In this document: piece after piece, positions 1-10,315 of the stretch | Position numbering within the stretch: position 1 is the stretch's first letter | Layout of the letters: every line of letters starts with the position of its first letter | Program-made: the position numbers and the translations under genes | Notes under the pieces: model-generated | Told to the model about the DNA's origin: nothing | What the model saw: only the letters and a program-made list of their open reading frames with translations | The model's database searches: none | DNA from: Opitutales bacterium | Lineage (GTDB): Bacteria; Verrucomicrobiota; Verrucomicrobiia; Opitutales; UBA2987 | Direction of reading: 5' to 3' | Length of the DNA: 64,000 nucleotides | Assembly: GCA_965226885.1 (NCBI GenBank) | Contig: CBDDEL010000017.1 | Span: 800,001 to 864,000, forward strand

Positions 1-21
1 TCGGGTTTTTGGGACAGCCTC
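1..21. mobile_element. Right end of a MITE (same family as 61952-62249), cut by the window edge
   Basis: TCGGGTTTTTGGGACAGCCTC is identical to 62229-62249 and is followed by TATGATA (TA-N3-TA target pattern). Confidence 0.75.
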
Positions 22-1446
22 TATGATAGAACTGTTAGAGCTATTTCTTGATTACTAATGAGAGGCTGTCCCAAAAATATAAAGATTTTATAGTCAAAGG
101 GATGACGTTGATAAAAAGAGCCGGAAAGAGCATGTTTTTGCTCGATCCGGCCAAAAAAGGGTTCTATAGTGGCGTTAGCAATAACAAACCGAGCCCTTTC
201 TATGAAAAATATAGCCATCCAATGCCTCCTGCGTCCAGCTTTAACTGTGGTCGACCGTTGCCTCGATTACGATAACTTCCGCGCCACCATTGAGCGAATC
301 GATCGGCTGCTGATCGACTCGGAGGTGGAATCGCAGGCCATCGAGCTGGCCTTGGAGGGGTGGCAGCCAATGGGTCTAAAGGGCCGGCAGCAGCGGGCCA
401 GTTTTGCCCTCAAGGCGTTGCGTATGGAAACGCTGCGTTATCTGCTCGGTGGGATTTCGTTTCGGCATTTGTCGAGGGCTCTGGGCAGCAGCGATCTGTT
501 GGCTGACTTTTGTCGTGTCCGCCATATCGACGGCATAAGGGGCATCTCCAAGAGCACCCTGGAACGGGCCTCGAAGTTTTTCAGCGAAGAGCAGTTGAGG
601 GCCTTGCACCGGACCTTGACTGAGGTTGTGGGCGATGCCTTTTTGGCCCGGAAGGTGGGATTGGACAAGCCGATAGAGACCACCATTTGCCTGATCGACG
701 GCACCTGTTTGGAGGCCAACATTCATTGGCCGACGGACTGGGTGCTGCTCAAGGATGTAGCGGGCACGCTGCTCAAAGCGATCCGGCTGATCCGCCAGAA
801 GGCGGGTTTGCGCCATCGCATGGCGGTCGAACCGGAGCAATCGGCTCGGCAGATAAATCGGTTGTGTATGCAGATGACCCACAGCCGGCAGCGAAAGGAC
901 AGTGCGCGGCAGCGCAAGGGTATCTTGAGGCAGATGAAAAAGCTCCTCAAACGGATCGGGGAGCATGCCCGCAGGCACCGGGAATTATTGCAAGCCTGCT
1001 GGGAGCAAAGCGATTATAGCAAAAAACAGGTCCAACAGATCCTTGCCCGGATGGAGCGTATGAGCGAGCTAATCCCGGTGGTCATCAAACAAGCGCACGA
1101 GCGAATCATCGGAGGCCGCCAGGTGAAAAACGCCGAGAAAGTCTTGAGTGTTTACGAACCCGATGTGCAAGTGATTGTGCGAGGCAAAGCGGGCCAAGAG
1201 GTAGAGTTCGGCAACACTCTCTTTTTGTGTGAAAGCGTTGAAGGATACCTGCTGGACTGGAAACTCTACGGCAGCCGAACCCCAAGCGAAAATGAACAAA
1301 TGCAAGAGAGTTTGCAAAGACAGAACCGCTTTGCCGTGGCAGAGTCCATAGCGGCCATGTGCGCGGACCGAGGATTTGCCTCCCAGCGGGTCAGCCTCCA
1401 GTTAGCCCAGGAAGGCATCTACGATGCGCTCTGTCCACGCGATCCG

Positions 1447-2248
1447 GGTAGTGTATAAAAAAAGAATATTATTTTGTATTTTTAGCTGTACAAATAGCGT
1501 TAGGCAGTTTATTCTTAGTGCATGGTTACTAAAATTATTAATTGTCGGCACTGTGGAAGTGAAAATATCATTAAATTTGGCAAGACGCCCAACCATAAAC
1601 AGCGCTACCGCTGCCATGATTGTGGTAAACAAAGCCGCGAAAACCCCACAGTGAAATACACCGAAGAGCAAAAAGAAATGATCCTTCGAGTCTATCAGGA
1701 ACGCAGCAGTCTACGCGGTTTACAGCGCGCCTTCGGGGTGAGTCCCAACACCGTTTTGAGTTGGTTAAAAAAAACGACAATCGCTGCGATCGCTCAAAAG
1801 CACGATTCTTGCGGCCCGCCGTCATGATGTCATTGAACTGGACGAACTGTGGTCTTTTGTGGGGCGCAAGAGCGATGCCCAATGGGTTTGGATCGCTCTT
1901 TGCCGACGCACCCGTCAAATCCTCTCCTATGCCATTGGGCCTCGGGATTGGTATCGTTGCCGGGAACTTTACGAGCGCCTGCCACGGGCCTACAAAAGAT
2001 GTGCCACCTACAGCGACTTTTGGTCCACTTATGATGAAGTCTTTCCTCATAACCGATCCGTGGAAAAAGAAACCGGTGAAACGGCCCATGTGGAACGATG
2101 GAACAATACCCTGCGCCAACGACTGGGTCGTTTCACACGCAAAACCCTCTCCTTTTTCAAGCTTAAGAGTATGCATGAAACCTGTCTGAGACTTTTCATT
2201 CATCAATATAATCAAGAATTAGCCACCATTCCTACTTAATACACTACC
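1447..2248 (+). mobile_element. IS1-family element copy 1 (802 bp)
   Basis: IRs GGTAGTGTAT... / ...ATACACTACC. 8-bp TSD GCGATCCG at 1439-1446 and 2249-2256. Confidence 0.95.
1522..2239 (+). CDS. insAB: IS1-family transposase InsAB (two frames joined at an A8 run)
   Basis: InsA zinc ribbon (CRHC...CHDC) plus HTH at 1522-1827. InsB motifs ELDELWSFVG and HVERWNNTLRQRL lie in the +1 frame after A8 at 1767-1774. Confidence 0.85.
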
Positions 2249-2859
2249 GCGATCCGAAGCAGTTGAAAAAACGGAGGGAGGAATCACTGTTCAGGTAATT
2301 GCAAAAGCGCCGGGCCAGCACCGAAGGGCGGATCGGGGTATTGAAGAATCGCTGGCATGCAGGGCGATTGCGCAGCAAAGGCTATGAGAACCGCTCGATC
2401 AACGTAGCCTGGTCGGTACTCTCGCACAACCTATGGAAAGTAGCCAAGATGCTGGCCCAGCAAGATGGGCAAAAAACCAAAGCGGCGGCCTAGAGAGCGG
2501 AAAAGCAAGGACAATACTTTTTCACAGGCGTACTGTCGGAGGCGTACTGTCGGCACATACAAAGAAAACCAGGTAACCGGACCTCAAAACCAGTACCCTA
2601 ACGTCATTGAAGAGCAAGGTCGCCCCATCCCAAATGGAAATACCACTAAAATAAACGCTCTTCAAAATCCCCTCGCAAAAATCACCCTTTTGGGACAGCC
2701 TCTAATGTAAATGTTCTGCCCAGGGGCATCATTACTTTGTATTATATTCAAAATGGTTCTTTATGTCTATGTGTCTATGTGTCGAATCAATTATCGAGTT
2801 TATGTTAATAAAGAGAACCCAAAGCCACTAACTCAGATTGCCTAATAGACAGATAGACG

Positions 2860-4314
2860 CTAAACAGGATTAGGCATTGAATAGACCCGGAAAACACGTC
2901 CCTTTTTCGGCTTTCTCATTTCTGACTTCAGGTCGTGTTCTTTCACCATCCGCTCAAGGATTTCGTGGGCCTCAGCTGCGGTTGAAGTAATGCCAAGCCT
3001 TTGAACCTCCCTCGCAGTAATGTCTTTTTCTCCATCTTTTCGAAATATCGCTCTTAATATTCTACTTCTCTTGGTTTTTTTGGTCTGATGTCCAACCGCT
3101 TCCATTATATCAATTTGCTCTTTATTAAACCATTTAACAAGCTCAATAGCTGCACTTGCGGTTTCCACTGAAAGCGGTACTTGGTGGGCGCAACCACCAT
3201 TCTCAGCGGCGTGGAGTACTACTGCGATTCGCCACGCCTGCTCCGCCCAACGGGCTATAAAACTTTCAAAAAGGTTATATTTTTCGTTCCGAATATCGAC
3301 AGTTAGGTTGAAGAAGTCAACAAGCTTCCGGGAGGCTTCTGACTCTGTTTGAATAGTGAAAGTAGCATTTGCAAACCGGTAGGTCCTCAGAAGATCAAAG
3401 ACAAGGTCGCGGTAAGCCAGCTTCACATCAGACGGGATGGACATTGATTCGTGTCCGGTGATTTTTGTGGCCTGGGCCCGCGAATCGGCAATGAGAAATC
3501 TCGGCATTAGCCCGCTGGCGATCAGGCCATTCTTCGTAAACATCAAGTTCATCATATCGGGTTGCAATAACCAGAGTACTGATAGACAAGGAGATTGAAG
3601 ATAAATCGGATTGCGTCCAAGCCGATTCACGCGAAGTGGATCACCGCTAAAAGCTTTCAAATATATGGCTTCATCAGTTTCTTCGTTGCTTCTCCGGTAT
3701 CGACCGCAAATGTTTTTGATGATATCTCGCGAATCAGAAGAAAAACTCGCTAATGTTTCTTTGTTAGCAGCAAGCAAAACGCCGAGGGACTCGGAAAGAA
3801 TATCTTCGACCGCGAGTACCGGTGCACACATGACTTTTTCCAATGCGTTGAATTCCGCGATATCTTTTTGAAGCTCTTCAAACTCCTTGCCTTTCGGTGT
3901 ATCCTTCGCGCGGTTCAGCGTCATTTTTTTTCGATGAATGCTGATTTCGAGCTCTATTTTCCGAGCCTGCATTTTTGGTAATTCTTTGGTTTTCCATTTT
4001 TCAATTATCGATTGCTCAAATTGATAAAACGGCTCCAGTGCTTCCCGAAGTACTTCTGATTTACCAACCCCTGATTTCGCAGAACTTGCGAGAAATAAAT
4101 TTCCTCGTGTGACGCGTCCGGATGCGGATTGTATTTGCAATTCGCTTCCAAGGGAAGCACTTGCAACGCCCAAAACACAGACCCCAGGCAATGCCCTTGG
4201 AACTCTTTTGCTTTTGGCAATCGCAATGGCCATGTCCCTCAAAACTGGTGGTAGAGAGTGGATCGGGAATGGATTTGAATCTGGATTCATTTTTCCTAAC
4301 ATTGATTTCTTCAT
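2860..4314 (-). CDS. DUF3987/YfjI-family protein (P-loop, mobile-element replication-associated)
   Basis: FPIHSLPPVL start, SAKSGVGKS P-loop, YLKAFSGDPLRVNR, GLMPRFL. Confidence 0.75.
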   Translation of the reverse strand: MKKSMLGKMNPDSNPFPIHSLPPVLRDMAIAIAKSKRVPRALPGVCVLGVASASLGSELQIQSASGRVTRGNLFLASSAKSGVGKSEVLREALEPFYQFEQSIIEKWKTKELPKMQARKIELEISIHRKKMTLNRAKDTPKGKEFEELQKDIAEFNALEKVMCAPVLAVEDILSESLGVLLAANKETLASFSSDSRDIIKNICGRYRRSNEETDEAIYLKAFSGDPLRVNRLGRNPIYLQSPCLSVLWLLQPDMMNLMFTKNGLIASGLMPRFLIADSRAQATKITGHESMSIPSDVKLAYRDLVFDLLRTYRFANATFTIQTESEASRKLVDFFNLTVDIRNEKYNLFESFIARWAEQAWRIAVVLHAAENGGCAHQVPLSVETASAAIELVKWFNKEQIDIMEAVGHQTKKTKRSRILRAIFRKDGEKDITAREVQRLGITSTAAEAHEILERMVKEHDLKSEMRKPKKGRVFRVYSMPNPV

Positions 4315-4461
4315 AATTTATGGTGTGTTATTCAGTCTGATGAATGGGCCATTTCTGTACGGGTTAAAAGTTGCTCCTTCTTTGCTTTTGGGGTTTTCAT
4401 AGTATACTAAATACATCGGTCGAAATTTTTTTTTGATTTGGTAGTACACGCAGAAAAACCA

Positions 4462-4535
4462 GTAGGGTTAAAAAAAATCAGTCCACATCTGTAAGTCATT
4501 GTTTTAAAGCGGCTTGTCGATAATAGTAAGTTAAC
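4462..4535 (+). repeat. ~73-bp non-coding repeat, inverted copy at 42756-42828
   Basis: GTAGGGTTAAAAAAAATCAGTCCACATCTGTAAGTCATTGTTTTAAAGCGGCTTGTCGATAATAGTAAGTTAAC matches the reverse complement of 42756-42828 with a few mismatches. Confidence 0.8.
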
Positions 4536-4584
4536 ATACCACCCACGCGTTTCTTTGAGGATATGTCCCCGTCCCTGCTCAAGA

Positions 4585-5308
4585 TGTAAACGCCGGGGAA
4601 AAACCGGTAAGGTAAAGAGGGCGCTTTAAAACCGGTAGGCTCACCCTAGAAAGGAGGAGTGTATCGAGACATGAAGCAATGGACAAGTGTGCGGCACAAA
4701 GTGCTGCGGGACAAGCAGAGCAAGCGCTCTGTGATGCGAGAAGAGGGACTGCACTGGGAGACCCTGGGGAAGGAGACCCTGGGGAAAATGCTGGCCTAAT
4801 CACAGCCGCCGGGATACCGGCGCAAGATCGACCCGAATGTGGGCTGGATCGAGGAGGTGCTCAAAGCCGACCGGAACGTGCCCAGGAAGCAGCGCCACAC
4901 GGCCAAGCGAATCTACTCCAGCGCTTGGCTCAAGAGAAGGGCTACCAAGGGGGCTACACGGCGGTCAAGGAGGTGGTGGCCGAATTGCGAGCGAGGCGGC
5001 GGGAAGTGTTTGTGCCGCTGGAGCACCGCCCCGGGCAGGGGCAGGTGGACTTCGGTCATGCCCTGGTAAAGGAGGCGGGGCAATTGCGCATGCGGCCATT
5101 TTTTGCCATGAGCCTGCCCTACAGCGATGCCTTCTTCGTGCAGGTTTTCCAACGGGAATGCACGGAGAGCTTCTGGGAGGGGCACCTGCGAGCTTTTGAG
5201 TTTTTCGGGACGGTGCCCCGGCGCATCAGCTACGACAACTCGAAGGTGGCGGTGGGCAAGATCATCGGTTCGCGCGAACGCAAGCTGACTGACGGGTTTT
5301 TGCAGTTA
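4585..5308 (+). pseudogene. istA: IS21-family left end and degraded istA 5' part (continues at 60309)
   Basis: TGT-start left end with repeated AAAACCGGTA. Motifs GQGQVDFG and PRRISYDN. Frameshifts and a GGAGACCCTGGGGAA duplication near the 5' end. Cut at ...DGFLQL by IS X. Confidence 0.85.
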
Positions 5309-7132
5309 GAGGCTGTCCCAAAAATATAAAGATTTTGTAGTCAACTGGATGACGTTTATAAAAATAGCCGGAAAGAGCATTTTTTTGCTCGCTCCGGCTA
5401 AAAAAGGGTTCTATAATTGCGTTAGCGAAAATCAATATAGCCCTTTCTATGAAAAATATAGCCATCCAATGCCTCCTGCGTCCAGCTTTAACTGTGGTCG
5501 ACCGTTGCCTCGATTACGATAACTTTCGCGCCACCATCGAGCGTATCGACCGGCTGCTGATCGATTCGGAGGTGGAATCGCAGGGCGTTGATCTGGCCTT
5601 GGAAAGAGGCCAGCCAATGAGTGTAAAGGCCCGGCAAAAGCGGGCTAATTTTGCCCTCAAGGCGTTGCGTATGGAAACGCTGCGTTATCTGCTCGGTGGG
5701 ATTTCGTTTCGGCATTTGTCGAGGGCTCTGGGCAGCAGCGATCTGTTGGCTGACTTTTGTCGTGTCCGCCATATCGACGGCATAAGGGGCATCTCCAAGA
5801 GCACCCTGGAACGGGCCTCGAAGTTTTTCAGCGAAGAGCAGTTGAGGGCCTTGCACCGGACCTTGACTGAGGTTGTGGGCGATGCCGATCTGGCCCGGCA
5901 GGTGGTGGGATTGGACAAGCCGATAGACACCACCATTTGCCTGATCGACGGCACCTGTTTGGAGGTCAACATTCATTGGCCGACGGACTGGGTGCTGCTC
6001 AAGGATGTAGCGGGCACGCTGCTCAAAGCGATCCGGCTGATCCGTGAGAAGGCCGGTTTGCGCCATCGCATGCCGATCGAACCGGAGCCCTTGGCTCGGC
6101 AGATGAATCGGCTGTGCATACAGATGACCCACAGCCGGCGGCGAAAGGACAGCGCGCGGCAACGCAAGGGTATCTTGAGGCAGATGAAAAAGCTGCTCAA
6201 ACGGATCGGGGAGCATGCCCGCAGTCACCGGGAATTATTGCAAGCCTGCTGGGAGCAAAGCGATTACAGCGAAAAACAGGTCCAACAGATCCTTACCCGG
6301 ATGGAGCGCATGAGCGAGCTAATCCCGGTGGTCATCAAGCAAGCGCACGAGCGAATCATTGGCGGCCGCCAGGTGAAAAACGCAGAGAAAGTTTTGAGTG
6401 TTTACGAACCCGATGCGCAGGTGATTGTGCGAGGCAAAGCGGGCCAAGAGGTTGAGTTTGGCAACACCCTGTTTTTGGGTGAAAGCGTTGAAGGATACCT
6501 GCTGGACTGGAAACTCTACGGCAGCCGGACGCCAAGCGAAAATGAACAAATGCAAGAGAGTTTGCAAAGACAGAACCGCTTCAACCTAGCCGAACCCATA
6601 GCGGCCATGTGCGCGGACCGGGGATTCGCCTCCCAGCGGGCCCGCCGGCAGTTAGCCCAGGAGGGCATCTACGATGCGCTCTGTCCACGCGATCCGAAGC
6701 AGTTGAAAAAACGGATGGAGGAACCACACTTCAGGCAATTGCAAAAGCGCCGGGCCAGCACCGAAGGGCGGATCGGGGTATTGAAGAATCGCTGGCAGGC
6801 CGGGCGATTGCGCAGCAAAGGCTTTGCCAACCGCTCGATCAGCGTAGCCTGGTCGGTCCTCTCGCACAATCTATGGAAAGTGGCCAAGATGCTGGCCCAG
6901 CAAGATGAACTAAAAACCAAAGCGGCGGCCTAAATAAAGAGCGGAAAAGCAAGGACAATACTTTTTCACAGGCCTACTGTCGGCCCATACAAAGAAAACC
7001 AGGCAAACGGACCCCAAAACCAGAATCCTAACGTCATAGGAGAGCAAAGTCACCCCCTCCCAAAAGAAAATACCACTAAAATGAACACTCTTCAAAATCC
7101 CCTCGCAAAAATCACCCTTTTGGGACAGCCTC
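5309..7132 (+). mobile_element. IS X copy 2 (1824 bp)
   Basis: Perfect 15-bp IRs. Left flank CAGTTA and right flank TAAACTA do not match each other; they are swapped with copy 4. Confidence 0.95.
5449..6933 (+). CDS. DDE transposase of IS X (494 aa)
   Basis: DGTCLEVNIHWPTD, RGKAGQEVEFG, ADRGF, RRASTEGRIGVLK motifs. Near-identical in four intact copies. Confidence 0.92.
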   Translation: MKNIAIQCLLRPALTVVDRCLDYDNFRATIERIDRLLIDSEVESQGVDLALERGQPMSVKARQKRANFALKALRMETLRYLLGGISFRHLSRALGSSDLLADFCRVRHIDGIRGISKSTLERASKFFSEEQLRALHRTLTEVVGDADLARQVVGLDKPIDTTICLIDGTCLEVNIHWPTDWVLLKDVAGTLLKAIRLIREKAGLRHRMPIEPEPLARQMNRLCIQMTHSRRRKDSARQRKGILRQMKKLLKRIGEHARSHRELLQACWEQSDYSEKQVQQILTRMERMSELIPVVIKQAHERIIGGRQVKNAEKVLSVYEPDAQVIVRGKAGQEVEFGNTLFLGESVEGYLLDWKLYGSRTPSENEQMQESLQRQNRFNLAEPIAAMCADRGFASQRARRQLAQEGIYDALCPRDPKQLKKRMEEPHFRQLQKRRASTEGRIGVLKNRWQAGRLRSKGFANRSISVAWSVLSHNLWKVAKMLAQQDELKTKAAA

Positions 7133-7304
7133 TAAACTATGGCCGAAGTGGCTCTCGCCCATGAAAAGGATCGGCATCAACGATTGTTTCGCCAGTAACG
7201 GTCCCTACGAAGATCTTATCGGCCTCTACGGCCTGCTCGGTTCGCAGATCGCCGAAACCGTGGAAGCCTTCTTGCAGAGTTCTGCCTGTGCCTTTTCGCC
7301 ATGA
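7133..7304 (+). pseudogene. Transketolase C-terminal-domain remnant (5' part at 58440-58484)
   Basis: Translates to PMKRIGINDCFASNGPYEDLIGLYGLLGSQIAETVEAFL, resembling the transketolase C-terminal RIGIxDxF...YGL motif. Confidence 0.6.
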
Positions 7305-7347
7305 ATCCCGAAAACAACTCTTTTTTCGATTTATCAATACGGCTAAA

Positions 7348-7416
7348 CAATTATTGGTTGCTATTCTTCTGAACTTCTGAAAAATCAATTATTGGTTGCT
7401 ATTCTTCTGAAAAATC
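7348..7416. repeat. Tandem duplication of CAATTATTGGTTGCTATTCTTCTGAA
   Basis: Two direct copies at 7348 and 7386. Confidence 0.85.
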
Positions 7417-7434
7417 ATATAGATATCTATATAT
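7417..7434. promoter_or_regulatory. Palindromic putative operator ATATAGATATCTATAT
   Basis: Perfect 16-bp palindrome at 7417-7432 upstream of the ADH. It overlaps ATATCTATATAT, one mismatch from the palindrome at 44392. Confidence 0.45.
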
Positions 7435-7518
7435 GTAATGATTTAATGAAAATGGGATCTAGATGGTGACCGTTGACCAGTGGATCCTGCAAGTCTGAAT
7501 CACATCAATAGACCGGTC

Positions 7519-8634
7519 ATGAAAACAAGCAAATTAGAACCAACCGTAAAAACAAGCAAAGTAGCGATATTCCATGCCCAGAATCAACCCTTTACGATGG
7601 ATGAGGTTGAGGTGCCGGATCTTCGAGATGGTGAAATTCTGGTCAGAAACGAATACACGACTCTGTGCCGAAGCGATTTAAACACGTTTACGGGAAAGCG
7701 CACGGAGAAAACGCCTACGATTCTCGGGCATGAAATCGTTGGACGTATCGAAGAGTTTGGTCCGGGTGCCCGGACGACAGATTGCCGGGGCGGAACATTG
7801 CGAGTAGGCGATCGGGTTACGTGGGGGATTTATGCTTCCAACCCGGACAGCTACCTATCGCAGATCGGCATTCCGCAGAAAGGGGATGGGCTGTTCAAAT
7901 ACGGGCATGAGGAAATCAGGAAGGACAATCATCTCCACGGCGGGCTCAGTGAATACTGCATTCTGCGTAAATACACTCCGGTCATCAAAATTGAAAAGCC
8001 TCTTCCGCTCCCCGTCATTGCGCTCATCAACTGTTCTGTCGCCACGGTTGCCGGAGCCCTTCGTCTGGCGGGCTCCGTTGAGGATCGGACAGTGCTTGTC
8101 AGCGGAGTGGGAATGCTGGGAATAATTGCCTGTGCCATGTGCAGGACAGGCAAAGCGAGGAAAATCATCGCATTGGACATCGACGTTGAGCGACTCGACA
8201 AAGCCCGCAAATTCGGCGTCGACGTCACTTTGAAAATGGAGGCGGAAGGGAGTTCCCTGAAGGAGCGGCTCGGGCCTATGGCGGAAGGAGAACAGATTCA
8301 GGCGGCCCTCGATTTCAGTGGAGTACCGGAAACGATGGAATCGTCCCTATCGCTCCTCGGCATTGGTGGAACCGCCGTATGGGTAGGAGCAACGTTTCCA
8401 CAGCGTGACCTGCATATCAACGCGGAAAAATTTGTACGCAATTTGCATACCATACGAGGCCTTCATAATTATAATGAAGAAGATCTGGTGACTGCGGTTG
8501 CCTTTATGGAAAAATATTACACAAACTTTCCTTTTGAAGGTCTCGTTCATGATGCATTTGACCTCGATACGATTAATGAATCTTTTAATTACGCGATTGC
8601 ATCAGGCGCTTACCGTGTGGGAGTTCGCATATAG
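7519..8634 (+). CDS. Zinc-binding alcohol dehydrogenase, resembling the phosphonate-catabolism-associated subfamily
   Basis: LCRSD, ILGHEIVG, KYGHE..HGGLSEYC, INCSVAT, GVGMLG, RGLHNY. An alternative GTG start exists at 7480. Confidence 0.8.
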   Translation: MKTSKLEPTVKTSKVAIFHAQNQPFTMDEVEVPDLRDGEILVRNEYTTLCRSDLNTFTGKRTEKTPTILGHEIVGRIEEFGPGARTTDCRGGTLRVGDRVTWGIYASNPDSYLSQIGIPQKGDGLFKYGHEEIRKDNHLHGGLSEYCILRKYTPVIKIEKPLPLPVIALINCSVATVAGALRLAGSVEDRTVLVSGVGMLGIIACAMCRTGKARKIIALDIDVERLDKARKFGVDVTLKMEAEGSSLKERLGPMAEGEQIQAALDFSGVPETMESSLSLLGIGGTAVWVGATFPQRDLHINAEKFVRNLHTIRGLHNYNEEDLVTAVAFMEKYYTNFPFEGLVHDAFDLDTINESFNYAIASGAYRVGVRI

Positions 8635-8795
8635 AATTGCATTACCACTGCGGAGGATTTCTGCCAATGAACAGGAGGCGGACTATCGGGTTATCAAGAG
8701 ACTAATATCCGAACTCTGGCGGGATTACTTTTTGTTGGGTCTCCCCGTCTCGTCGATGATGCATTAAAGCTACGAATAAAGAATAAAAGGAATAC

Positions 8796-9597
8796 GGTAG
8801 TGTATAAAAAAAGAATGTTATTTTGTATTTTTAGCTGTACAAATAGCGTTAGGCAGTTTATTCTTAGTGCATGGTTACTAAAATTATTAATTGTCGGCAC
8901 TGTGGAAGTGAAAATATCATTAAATTTGGCAAGACGCCCAACCATAAACAGCGCTACCGCTGCCATGATTGTGGTAAACAAAGCCGCGAAAACCCCACAG
9001 TGAAATACACCGAAGAGCAAAAAGAAATGATCCTTCGAGTCTATCAGGAACGCAGCAGTCTACGCGGTTTACAGCGCGCCTTCGGGGTGAGTCCCAACAC
9101 CGTTTTGAGTTGGTTAAAAAAAACGACAATCGCTGCGATCGCTCAAAAGCACGATTCTTGCGGCCCGCCGTCATGATGTCATTGAACTGGACGAACTGTG
9201 GTCTTTTGTGGGGCGCAAGAGCGATGCCCAATGGGTTTGGATCGCTCTTTGCCGACGCACCCGTCAAATCCTCTCCTATGCCATTGGGCCTCGGGATTGG
9301 TATCGTTGCCGGGAACTTTACGAGCGCCTGCCACGGGCCTACAAAAGATGTGCCACCTACAGCGACTTTTGGTCCACTTATGATGAAGTCTTTCCTCATA
9401 ACCGATCCGTGGGAAAAGAAACCGGTGAAACGGCCCATGTGGAACGATGGAACAATACCCTGCGCCAACGACTGGGTCGTTTCACACGCAAAACCCTCTC
9501 CTTTTCCAAGCTTAAGAGTATGCATGAAACCTGTCTGAGACTTTTCATTCATCAATATAATCAAGAATTAGCCACCATTCCTACTTAATACACTACC
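8796..9597 (+). mobile_element. IS1-family element copy 2, without TSD
   Basis: Near-identical to 1447-2248. Flanks AGGAATAC / CCTTCAAG do not match. Confidence 0.95.
8871..9588 (+). CDS. insAB: IS1-family transposase InsAB
   Basis: As copy 1, with the A8 run at 9116-9123. Confidence 0.85.
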
Positions 9598-10271
9598 CCT
9601 TCAAGAAAGAAGTTCATTTTTTCGATGGAGGATTAAACCCAAAAATAGACAACTTTGCAGAAGGACCAGCCTGGTATCGTGCTCACTTCCCGTTCAGTAA
9701 AAATGTGGGTGCTCATTCCAGGACGTTTGAAGCATCGTCTATCACTATTTTTAATCCACTCACACCGAGACGGATTTTCGATCTTGTCCCTGAAGTAAAG
9801 CTGATTGCGGTATTGAGAAATCCAACAGAACGGGCTATATCTCATTATTTCCATGAAAAGCGGAGAGGTCGCGAGTCGTTACCCATTATGGAAGCTCTAC
9901 AGAAAGAGGAAATACGATTGGAGCCTGTAATTGAAAATAAAGACTATAAGAGCGACCATTTCATACATCACTCATACAAGAGCCGTGGCCTCTACAGGCA
10001 ACAGATAGAAAGGTTTCTCAAATACTTTCCTTGGAAGCAAATTCTCGTCCTAAGCAGTGAGGAGTTATTTTGTGAACCAGACAAGACACTTAAACAGGTA
10101 TTTGAATTTGTTGGAGTAGATACAGGATTCAAGGCCAAAGATTTGAGACCCCGCAATGTTGCAAACAACAGAAGCGAAGTCGATCCTAAAGTCTATAAGT
10201 ATCTAGACAATTATTTTTTGTCTCATAATCAGGCCCTCTACGAACTAGTAGGAAAATATTTTGAGTGGTAA
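9598..10271 (+). pseudogene. Sulfotransferase, 5'-truncated by IS1 and frameshifted
   Basis: KKEVHFFD directly after the IS1 end, and KLIAVLRNPTERAISHY (3'-PB motif). The N-terminal 5'-PSB loop is missing. Confidence 0.8.
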
Positions 10272-10315
10272 AAATGCTTACAACAAGGGATATAAATGAC
10301 AGAAAATAAGGAATT

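Larger units (their letters stand above)
202..2493 (+). pseudogene. IS X transposase, disrupted
   Basis: Same protein as 5449-6933 up to CPRDP, split by IS1 at 1447-2248, with an extra CAA>TAA stop at ~2296 before LQKRRASTEG. Confidence 0.9.
62..2702 (+). mobile_element. IS 'X' copy 1 (IS5/IS1182/ISNCY-like DDE element), diverged isoform interrupted by IS1
   Basis: Terminal IRs GAGGCTGTCCCAAAA / TTTTGGGACAGCCTC. Flanks TAATGA / TAATGTA form a near-TSD. Homologous to 5309-7132. Confidence 0.9.

Noticed and set aside
4515..4535. dif/Xer site in GTCGATAATAGTAAGTTAAC
   Set aside because: The arm spacing is too short for the 11-6-11 dif layout.
5488..6228. Antisense ORFs recurring in every IS X and IS1 copy (246 aa, 214 aa)
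   Set aside because: They recur only because the IS copies are near-identical, and show no recognisable motifs.
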